IMG/VR virus record: IMGVR_UViG_3300010885_050982
Coordinates: 39,388-103,387 of that record
From: a virus
Reading direction: 5' to 3' (one strand)
DNA length: 64,000 nt
The translations under genes and the position numbers were made by a program. Below the pieces are notes generated by a model, which saw only the letters and a program-made list of their open reading frames with translations, ran no database searches and was not told the origin of the DNA. Within the stretch, counting starts at the first letter, position 1. Each line of letters starts with the position of its first letter. Positions 57,073 to 64,000 of the stretch are shown one piece after another.

Positions 57073-59078
57073 GCGAGTTTGATTTTGAATCCGAAGAAGT
57101 TATTGACTACGGTTCGGCGGATGCTCCGTTAGACGACCAGCCAAAGCCTGATGATGACCCCGCAGAGTTTAGGCTTTGCGAGATCATTCCGAAGCTCGGC
57201 GGGGATGGGTTCTTCCAGTTGAGGCCATACCAGAATGAATGCGTAGACTCTGTATTTCGTGATTTGAATGATTTCCAATCAACACTAATCGTAAAAGCGA
57301 CCGGCTTAGGGAAGACTATCACCGTTGCGGAGATTGCAATCCGGTGGCCAGACGAACTGGGTCGCGTTCTGGCGATCGCACACACAACTGAGTTGATTGA
57401 TCAACTGGCGGAAAAGATTGGCCTCCATCTCGACGAAGCGACTGGAATCGAGATGGGTGATCGGCGCGAGTCTAAGGGCGGAGGAATGTTCGGCGGACGA
57501 AAGAAAGTTCTTGTCGCATCAATCCAGACTCTTTCTCGCAAAAAGCGGCTTGAGAAGCTGAACCCGAAAGATTTCGGACTGATCATCTACGATGAGGCAC
57601 ATCACTCGGTGTCGCCATCGGCGCGGGCGGTTATTAAGTATTTCTTGATGGGTAACCCTCAGATTCGGATTGTCGGTCCCACGGCAACTGCGGAGCGCGG
57701 CGACAAAAAAGCGTTGGGGGACCTGTACCAGTCTGTCGCTTTCGAAATGGATATCCGTGAAGGAATCGAGCAGGGATGGTTGGTCGACATCGAGCAAAAG
57801 ATTGTCGTCGTCGAAGGGCTGGACTTCTCAAAATGCCGAACGACAGCAGGAGACCTCAATAAAGGTGACCTGAATTCCCTGATGATGGGTCGAAAGATTG
57901 AACTCAAAAATGGAGCAGAGATTCCTGACGACGGCGACACAGAGAAAGAGCTTTTTTTTGAGTCTGAGCCAAAGCTGGCGGAAGTAACCCAAGAGGATAT
58001 CGAGCAGCAAGAGAAGATGCTGCACGCGATCGTGGACCCAGCGATTAAAGAGGCGGCAGGGCGGCAGTCTCTTGTGTTTTGCGTGACAAAGGCGCACGCC
58101 GAGCGAATAACGGAGATCTTCAATCGTTGGCCAGGCGTGTTTGCGGAGTTCATCACGGACGATACACACCCAGAGGATCGCAAAAGGCTTATTCGGCGGT
58201 TTGAGGCGCGAGAGTTTCAGTTTTTAGTCAACGTGGCTGTTTTGACGGAAGGGTTCGATTCCCGCGTTGACGTGATCGTGAATGCCGCGCCGACAAAGTC
58301 TGTGTCGAGATACATTCAGAAGGTGGGTCGCGGGACAAGGCCACTGAAGGGTTTGGTTGATCGCTACTCGACAGCCGAAGAACGGCGGGAAGCGATCGCG
58401 AATTCAGAGAAGCCGATCGTCACAGTGATCGACTTCTCTGGCGATGCTGGCAAACATAGCCTGTGCTCGACTGCCGATATCCTTGGTGGGGAATACTCTG
58501 AAGACGTTATTGCTGCGGCCAAGGCCAAGCTGCGAAGCGGGTCGACGGAAGTTATTTCCGAGCTTTTGGCGAAAACAGCACAAGAAATCGAGGACGCGGC
58601 GAAAGCGGCGGAAGAGGCGAAAAATAAGTTCATCGCAGAGCAGGCCGAGCGATCTCGACTCGAAAAGGAACGCGCAGAGAAAGAGCGATTGGCAAGGTTG
58701 GCGGAAGCCGAGAAGCGAAAATCGATTCGCGCTCAGGTCCAGTACAAAACAGAAATCGTCAAGACGGGCGTCGTCATTCCGGCGACGGTTGGCGTCGGTG
58801 TAGAGTTTCGTGGTGGTGCGACGGATAATCAGGTCAAGTATCTGATGCGACTTGGCGTCAGCGAGCAGGCGGCGTGCCGATTCACCCGTGGCCAGGCGGG
58901 GAAGGTCATTGATGAGTTGTCGAACAAAACGGGCGGAGAGTACAGACTTCAGTTTGGGAAGTGGACGGGAAGGGAGATTTCCGAGGTGCCATCTCCGTAC
59001 CTTGACTGGGCCATTGAAAACATGAACAACCCGCAATTGATTGAAAATATTCGAAAGTGGAGGAGCGAGCAGAAATGA
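57069..59078 (+). CDS. SF2 DEAD/DEAH-box helicase (ResIII/UvsW-like)
   Basis: LRPYQ, ATGLGKT, DEAHH, TAT, LTEGFD, QKVGRGTR; C-terminal FGKWTGREISEVPSPYLDW. Confidence 0.92.
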   Translation: MSEFDFESEEVIDYGSADAPLDDQPKPDDDPAEFRLCEIIPKLGGDGFFQLRPYQNECVDSVFRDLNDFQSTLIVKATGLGKTITVAEIAIRWPDELGRVLAIAHTTELIDQLAEKIGLHLDEATGIEMGDRRESKGGGMFGGRKKVLVASIQTLSRKKRLEKLNPKDFGLIIYDEAHHSVSPSARAVIKYFLMGNPQIRIVGPTATAERGDKKALGDLYQSVAFEMDIREGIEQGWLVDIEQKIVVVEGLDFSKCRTTAGDLNKGDLNSLMMGRKIELKNGAEIPDDGDTEKELFFESEPKLAEVTQEDIEQQEKMLHAIVDPAIKEAAGRQSLVFCVTKAHAERITEIFNRWPGVFAEFITDDTHPEDRKRLIRRFEAREFQFLVNVAVLTEGFDSRVDVIVNAAPTKSVSRYIQKVGRGTRPLKGLVDRYSTAEERREAIANSEKPIVTVIDFSGDAGKHSLCSTADILGGEYSEDVIAAAKAKLRSGSTEVISELLAKTAQEIEDAAKAAEEAKNKFIAEQAERSRLEKERAEKERLARLAEAEKRKSIRAQVQYKTEIVKTGVVIPATVGVGVEFRGGATDNQVKYLMRLGVSEQAACRFTRGQAGKVIDELSNKTGGEYRLQFGKWTGREISEVPSPYLDWAIENMNNPQLIENIRKWRSEQK

Positions 59079-59884
59079 GAGTAGTGATGCGAAAATTGCC
59101 TGTGAACAACTTGAAGTCCGAGACGGTATCCGTCCTTAATTACGGCGGCGGTCGCCAGACGGTCGCCATAGTTACACTCATTCTGCGAGGTGAATTGGAA
59201 AAACCCGACAGAATCATTTGTGCTGACACTGGTAGGGAAAATCCGACTACATGGGAGTATTTGGATAGGTGGGTTACGCCTGCATTGGCAGATATTGGTT
59301 TGCATGTCGAGATCATTCCGCCAAAAACCGCTTACGATTTGTGGTCTGGCACTGGAGAAACGATCCTGATTCCAGTGTGGCTTGCGAATGGCAAAATGAG
59401 TTCGTTTTGCAGTGGCATGTGGAAGCGAGACAGAATGGATACTCATCTTCGATCCACCGGAGTTTCTGGGGGCGAGAGATGGATCGGGTTTGCCGCAGAC
59501 GAAAGAAAGCGAATTGACAGACTTCTGAGCAGTGAACGTGCTCCACAATGGAACTATCGCTTCCCGCTCACGGAATTCTGTCTTGATTCGGCTGGCGCTT
59601 GCGATGTGGTCAAGTCGTTCGGTTGGCCGTTGCCAGAGATCTCGGCTTGCTGGATATGCCCGCTCAAGCATAACAACGAGTGGAAACTCATTCGCGATTT
59701 GTATCCTCATTTGTGGAAAGAAGCCTGCCGGATTGACGAGGAAATCAGGGAAGCGGATCGCGAACGCGGAGGATCTGGCATGTGGCTTCATCATAGCCGT
59801 GTGCCGCTGGCAGGAGCCGACCTCGACTCTGATGATAGACCGAAAGGCGTTCGCCCGTGTTCCCTCGGGATGTGCATGATTTGA
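59075..59884 (+). CDS. PAPS reductase-like (PP-loop) protein
   Basis: VLNYGGGRQT, ADTGRE, CSGMWK, WIGF..DE, SACWICP. Confidence 0.82.
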   Translation: MRVVMRKLPVNNLKSETVSVLNYGGGRQTVAIVTLILRGELEKPDRIICADTGRENPTTWEYLDRWVTPALADIGLHVEIIPPKTAYDLWSGTGETILIPVWLANGKMSSFCSGMWKRDRMDTHLRSTGVSGGERWIGFAADERKRIDRLLSSERAPQWNYRFPLTEFCLDSAGACDVVKSFGWPLPEISACWICPLKHNNEWKLIRDLYPHLWKEACRIDEEIREADRERGGSGMWLHHSRVPLAGADLDSDDRPKGVRPCSLGMCMI

Positions 59885-60038
59885 AGGGATTGTTACCTGG
59901 GAAGATTGGTACGATGATGAAACCGGAGAAGACGATCCGGTTAAGTTCGTCGAGCGATTAGTATAGCGGCCCACAAAAGGAAGATTTCTCACGCGCAGGC
60001 GCGAAGCCGCGACGCCGCGAAGATAAGAAGGATCAATC

Positions 60039-60191
60039 ATGGAACGAAGCAAATACTACCTTGAAGGCCGCCTGGCTTTTGAAGCGCAAGGGGACGCAGC
60101 CGAAAACCCATACGCGCCAGGCTCATTTCAACATGCTGAATGGAACGCAGGTTGGCGAAGTAAAAAAGAACTTTGGCCATATGGATGGTGA
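60039..60191 (+). CDS. Ribosome modulation factor-like small protein (50 aa, absent from ORF track)
   Basis: MERSKYYLEGRLAFEAQGDAAENPYAPGSFQHAEWNAGWRSKKELWPYGW; AAGGA RBS; G-x-x-A...NPY...W-x-x-GW pattern. Confidence 0.6.
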   Translation: MERSKYYLEGRLAFEAQGDAAENPYAPGSFQHAEWNAGWRSKKELWPYGW

Positions 60192-60281
60192 CACAAATGA
60201 GACCATTGGCCCCCGCTAAATAAGGGGTCGAACGAACGACGAGAGGCTGGAAGCTTGGCGTTCCGAGGAAGAAGGTTTTGA

Positions 60282-60422
60282 AACCGACGCGAAGGGGGAA
60301 GGTCTCACGCGAAGATGGATAAAGACGCTTGGTACACGCCGATTGAAATCATCCAAGGATTGGGGGAATTTGACCTTGATCCGTGTTGTGGTCGACGAGT
60401 GCGGCGAACCGATTGGGTGTGA
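60282..60422 (+). pseudogene. N-terminal fragment of a phage Dam-type N6-adenine methyltransferase
   Basis: GRSHAKMDKDAWYTPIEIIQGLGEFDLDPC then stop about 10 codons later; no NPPY/F motif. Confidence 0.65.
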
Positions 60423-60693
60423 CTGCTGCGACACGGAGGACTGCCCGGTTACTACACGCGAATTGTCGTTGGCCAAGAGGATTGTGTTGAACTCGGTCTC
60501 CGACGCGTCCGGTCGGGAGAGAGTCACTGAGTCAGTAAACCTTTGTGAGATCTGCGACAGCACGTATTTGACGCATCTGATCCAGTTTCCTGATCAATTT
60601 ACTCATTCAGAACATAAGATCATGAAAACGATCGCAATCATCGGGAATATGATCCTGAAAGAGATTCGCAATCAAATCGGAACGAGATTATGA
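60343..60693 (+). CDS. Cys-rich hypothetical protein, probably chimeric at its 5' end
   Basis: CDCC...LCEICDST; overlaps the methylase fragment and contains the 34-bp inverted copy. Confidence 0.45.
   Translation: MKSSKDWGNLTLIRVVVDECGEPIGCDCCDTEDCPVTTRELSLAKRIVLNSVSDASGRERVTESVNLCEICDSTYLTHLIQFPDQFTHSEHKIMKTIAIIGNMILKEIRNQIGTRL
60467..60500 (-). repeat. Inverted partner of 34468-34501
   Basis: cgttggccaagaggattgtgttgaactcggtctc is the exact reverse complement. Confidence 0.93.
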
Positions 60694-61148
60694 CGGACGA
60701 CGACCTGATCGACGAAATCTTACGGAGCGAGCCGGAAGTGTTGACTCCACTGCACATGTTTACGATTTTCGCAGTGGCAAGCATGAAGGCCGAGCAGCGA
60801 GCGGCGGTTGATCCGACGAAGTATTTCGGGATCGTCGACGAAGTTCGGGAATCTGCCAACGAGCCGATCAAGGCCCTGCAAAAACTCTTCGAACGAACAT
60901 GCGGACAGGGCGTCCAATGGAACGGGAAAGACGGGGTCTACAATTGGATTCTAACCGAGAGCGAAACGGCGTGCAGGGTGGACTTTTCGGTCGCGGAATG
61001 GGGGGTGAGTCAGCGACGCCGAGAGGATGCGGTTCGGATCGTGCGGATGGCGAAAGCTGTTCCAGGTTCAGTCGGGCAGATAGCGCTGTCGGAAGCGAAA
61101 GCTTTGCTGTTGACGGAGCGGAAACCGAACCCGAAAGACTCTGTGTAG
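60690..61148 (+). CDS. Hypothetical protein
   Basis: ATGA overlap with upstream ORF. Confidence 0.55.
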   Translation: MTDDDLIDEILRSEPEVLTPLHMFTIFAVASMKAEQRAAVDPTKYFGIVDEVRESANEPIKALQKLFERTCGQGVQWNGKDGVYNWILTESETACRVDFSVAEWGVSQRRREDAVRIVRMAKAVPGSVGQIALSEAKALLLTERKPNPKDSV

Positions 61149-61229
61149 ATTGCGGGGACGAAGTTGTTCTGCTGATCGGTTATTATCATTGTCTCGGATG
61201 TGGTCGAGACTCGAATATGTGAGTTTAGT

Positions 61230-61724
61230 ATGTGTTTTTATCAAGACTATGGATGGTACGCGGCAGTGAACGATGCCCTTGATACGCTGGCATGGAAAGA
61301 ATCGACATGTTTTGAGTGCGACAGCAAGATTTGTGTTGGCGACGTCTGTCGGGTTATTCATCAGCAGGAGCACGAGTCGTGCCAAATTTGCGAAGAGCCA
61401 GACAGCAGTGATTTTGCTGGGTCGTTCAACGAAAGAACCAATGAACCGACGTATCCGCCTCCATGCGAAGACGGTGAGCATGATTACGGTGAAATATTCG
61501 ACGCGACGATCTGCCTGAATTGCCTGAAGACGCTGGAGTCGATCAAGGACTTCGAGACAAGAGAAGGGTGCCCAGAAGGCGAAAGCCAGCCTGGGTATGG
61601 TGAGTTGGGGGAAGTCTTTCTCCAGCACGAAAGCAAATGGGACTATGCTGAAGCGTGCGTCGACAAGTTCCCAGAACTAGCCGAGCACGCATGGATAAAG
61701 ACTATTCTGGAGCGAGATGAATGA
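61230..61724 (+). CDS. Cys-rich acidic hypothetical protein
   Basis: CFEC, CQIC and CLNC motifs. Confidence 0.6.
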   Translation: MCFYQDYGWYAAVNDALDTLAWKESTCFECDSKICVGDVCRVIHQQEHESCQICEEPDSSDFAGSFNERTNEPTYPPPCEDGEHDYGEIFDATICLNCLKTLESIKDFETREGCPEGESQPGYGELGEVFLQHESKWDYAEACVDKFPELAEHAWIKTILERDE

Positions 61725-62098
61725 GCAATGGATTGAACATTCCAGTGAAGCACCCGAAATTCCCGAGCCTACACGAAGAGCAAGCGTGGCTTGAGTCGCA
61801 GAGGTTGCATGCCCAAGTCGAAATGAAAGAGATCGGACACAAACTTTCAGTTCCAGGTCATATGCACGAAAAAGAGACGTTGCTAGGAAAGCACCTCAAG
61901 CTAAAGAGGGCGGTCATAGAGATTGAGACCCAACTTCTTCAGACGAAGGCAAAATTAAAGGCACAGAAAGCGGAGTCGGCTAACAACCGCGAAAACGATC
62001 CGATCCCGTTGATTGTTGACCTGACAGGCATTGCCTTGCAGGTCTTGGCGGAATTGCAGGACATCAACCGAAAGCTTCCTGAACCGAAAGCGGAGTAG
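61721..62098 (+). CDS. Coiled-coil hypothetical protein
   Basis: Overlapping junction. Confidence 0.55.
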   Translation: MSNGLNIPVKHPKFPSLHEEQAWLESQRLHAQVEMKEIGHKLSVPGHMHEKETLLGKHLKLKRAVIEIETQLLQTKAKLKAQKAESANNRENDPIPLIVDLTGIALQVLAELQDINRKLPEPKAE

Positions 62099-62102
62099 TG
62101 AG

Positions 62103-62699
62103 ATGTCGCGTAGCTGCGAAGAAAGTGCTGAAGGCGGCACACTCAATATCCAGTTGAGTGGGGGTGGTTCGAATCCAACCTCTTCGCTTTTCAAAATAGC
62201 GAGGCTTCACTACTCTAAGGGATGCTCAAATACCGCAGTGTATTGCCATGGATTGTTCCCACGGGGGCATTTTTGGGAATCTGAAGCGGCGGGCGTTGCG
62301 CTATGGCTTCCGCCGACAAAGTCAGCAGCATTGTCGGTGAACCAAAATTGGAATGGGGTCCTGTCGTTGAGTAGACTGGCTATCGAAGAACGGGTCCCAA
62401 AAAACGCGGCGTCGTTTTTGATACGACACTCAATGGGTTTTGTGGATCGTGTTCGATGGCCGGTCCTGATTTCATACGCGGACGAATGGAGAAAGCACAC
62501 TGGATCGATTTATTTGGCAAGCGGGTGGTCACATGACGGCTACACGAAGCCAGAGAAAACGTACGTCCTGAATGGAAGGATGGTGTCGCGAAAGGCTGGG
62601 CCGAAAACAAGAACTCACGCCGAGATGCTCGCACTGGGCGCTGAGTGCGTTGGCGCATTTCGGAGAATTCGCTTCATTCATCGACTTGGGGACAAATAA
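62103..62699 (+). CDS. Mom-like (GNAT-fold) DNA modification protein
   Basis: HYSKG, LSLSRLAI...PKNAASFLI, LISYAD...HTGSIYLASGW. Confidence 0.75.
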   Translation: MSRSCEESAEGGTLNIQLSGGGSNPTSSLFKIARLHYSKGCSNTAVYCHGLFPRGHFWESEAAGVALWLPPTKSAALSVNQNWNGVLSLSRLAIEERVPKNAASFLIRHSMGFVDRVRWPVLISYADEWRKHTGSIYLASGWSHDGYTKPEKTYVLNGRMVSRKAGPKTRTHAEMLALGAECVGAFRRIRFIHRLGDK

Positions 62700-63112
62700 T
62701 GGGTATGCAAGAATCTCTCGGTGTTGACGCTGTCAAAAAGCTGATTGGCAAATCGAAGTTCGCGGGAAAACGAGACGGTAGCCGGTACGGAAAGCGTCAT
62801 GTCCCAAGTCAAATGAACGCTACCGAATCGGCGTTCGCGGAATGGTGCGAATCCCGTAAAATATGTGGCGAAATTGTGGAGTGGAGATTCGAATCGCATG
62901 ATTTTATGATCACGCCGAGTCTTCGATACAAAAGCGATTTCGAGTTGATTTTTCCGGACGGGACAAAAGAGTTCGTGGACACGAAAGTCGCCGTCAAGGA
63001 CCGGGTTTCGATCAACAAGATAAAATGCTGCGCGGATAAGTTCTGGGAGTACACGTTCGTGATTTACGAGCGTCTCCCGAAAAAGGCTGGATGGAAACGG
63101 ATTGAATTCTGA
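62699..63112 (+). CDS. Small PD-(D/E)XK nuclease (DUF1064-like)
   Basis: MNATESAF, RYKSDF...EFVDTK. Confidence 0.65.
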   Translation: MGMQESLGVDAVKKLIGKSKFAGKRDGSRYGKRHVPSQMNATESAFAEWCESRKICGEIVEWRFESHDFMITPSLRYKSDFELIFPDGTKEFVDTKVAVKDRVSINKIKCCADKFWEYTFVIYERLPKKAGWKRIEF

Positions 63113-63137
63113 AGGTAAAAACTGAACTGAGGGAATC

Positions 63138-63581
63138 ATGCGAGGCGAAGAGGTCAATAACCAAAGCAGTGCGCAACATCCAGAACCAGACTGGGATGAG
63201 ATGCGAACTGTTCCGAGATGCGCATTTGAAAACTGTCGGCATTTTGACGGAAAACGATGCGCACTCATGGGATTCGAGCCAGGTTCTTTGTGTGAGCCAG
63301 CGGTCCAACAAATGGGTGAAGTCATTGGTGTTCTGCTGGCTAACCGCGAATACACGGAAGCGCAGCGGGAGGAGTATCTGCTAGGCGCTCTTCACTTGAC
63401 GCGGGAAGAGTTCGAAAGAATCGGAGAAGGAATTTGGTCTCACCCGGTGAACGATGATCAGCCGGTTGAACGCGCGAAGAAAGAGATTCGCCTGTGTAGC
63501 GATTGCCGTGTTCCGCTGGAGCCGTTTACTGCTGCGGATGTTAAATGGTGTCCGACCTGTAAGAAAACGGTCTTTGATTGA
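63138..63581 (+). CDS. Cys-rich hypothetical protein
   Basis: GAGG RBS; C-terminal CSDC...CPTC. Confidence 0.55.
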   Translation: MRGEEVNNQSSAQHPEPDWDEMRTVPRCAFENCRHFDGKRCALMGFEPGSLCEPAVQQMGEVIGVLLANREYTEAQREEYLLGALHLTREEFERIGEGIWSHPVNDDQPVERAKKEIRLCSDCRVPLEPFTAADVKWCPTCKKTVFD

Positions 63582-63658
63582 CATAAATTTCCTGTTGCTG
63601 TAGGTTGTCGCGGAATCGACAATCCATAAATCAAAATGGCATTCAAAAGGGCATTCAA

Positions 63659-63892
63659 ATGGCTGCGACCGTCAACCTGCCTCTCGTCAATGCAATCCGG
63701 GCCGAGATTGAAGCGTTCATCGCTCAGGAGGGTGAGAATGGGCTCGCGTTGTTGCAGTCGGAAATCGCAAGCGGGACCCTGACTGGAGCCTTTGCCCAAT
63801 TCCAAGCCCAGTACGCGGAGATCAAGCTGGTTGTTGGTTTTTTGGGCTTCCTGGCTCGTCTCAAATCAGTTTGTCCGATTGCCGGAAGCTGA
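63659..63892 (+). CDS. Small protein with C-terminal hydrophobic helix
   Basis: LVVGFLGFLA segment. Confidence 0.45.
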   Translation: MAATVNLPLVNAIRAEIEAFIAQEGENGLALLQSEIASGTLTGAFAQFQAQYAEIKLVVGFLGFLARLKSVCPIAGS

Positions 63893-64000
63893 TTCCTGTT
63901 GTCGACGATCGCAATAACATTCCTGTCCCAAAAAATGAGGCATGTGACATGACGATTCTGAAGCGAGCGCGTTTATGGCTGTTTTTGGCAGCGGGTATCG

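Larger units (their letters stand above)
1..64000. mobile_element. Tailed phage / prophage genome segment
   Basis: Protease-scaffold, decoration, capsid, connector, tail tube, chaperone and tape-measure genes in canonical order, plus phage-type recombination/replication genes and dense small ORFs; no host housekeeping operons. Confidence 0.93.

Noticed and set aside
1-64000. Stop-codon reassignment (alternative genetic code), suggested by the phage release factor
   Set aside because: Long genes are intact in the standard code and TGA, TAA and TAG all occur as plausible gene ends with overlapping starts

Overview
The whole window reads as part of a large tailed dsDNA phage or prophage genome. 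No rRNA, tRNA or CRISPR array was seen; portal and terminase are not in the window. The SSB and beta-clamp sequences suggest a Planctomycetota host (inference from recalled sequence style). Layout: (1) 1-20.9 kb, six large multidomain 'polyvalent' proteins carrying a Strawberry-notch helicase, an intein-split zeta-toxin-like kinase, ParB+RelA/SpoT, ParB, two ADP-ribosyltransferase-like domains and a 2H phosphoesterase, all punctuated by the same short linker motifs; (2) 21.6-27.4 kb, a minus-strand nicotinamidase-vWA-PP2C-kinase (TerY-P-like) operon; (3) DUF1643 and dnaN; (4) 30-52 kb, morphogenesis genes (Mu-like protease/scaffold, decoration, capsid, connector, tail tube, frameshifted chaperone, tape measure, tail proteins, three glycosyltransferases); (5) 52-64 kb, csrA, recombination/replication and DNA-modification genes. 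Two best leads: a truncated RF1-like release factor split by an RF2-type +1 frameshift cassette (GGAGG-TCG-CTT-TGA-C), which the ORF track mis-starts; and a putative head-cargo system in which an R-I-x-x-A-x-E-x-Y-[SA]-[KR] signal separates effector domains and the same Tyr motif recurs in the prohead protease/scaffold. Also seen: a covarying leader hairpin before three structural genes, a palindrome at three gene ends, an ATC-start ssb, an unannotated RMF-like ORF and an exact 34-bp inverted copy 26 kb apart. All family assignments come from motif recognition by eye, not database searches.
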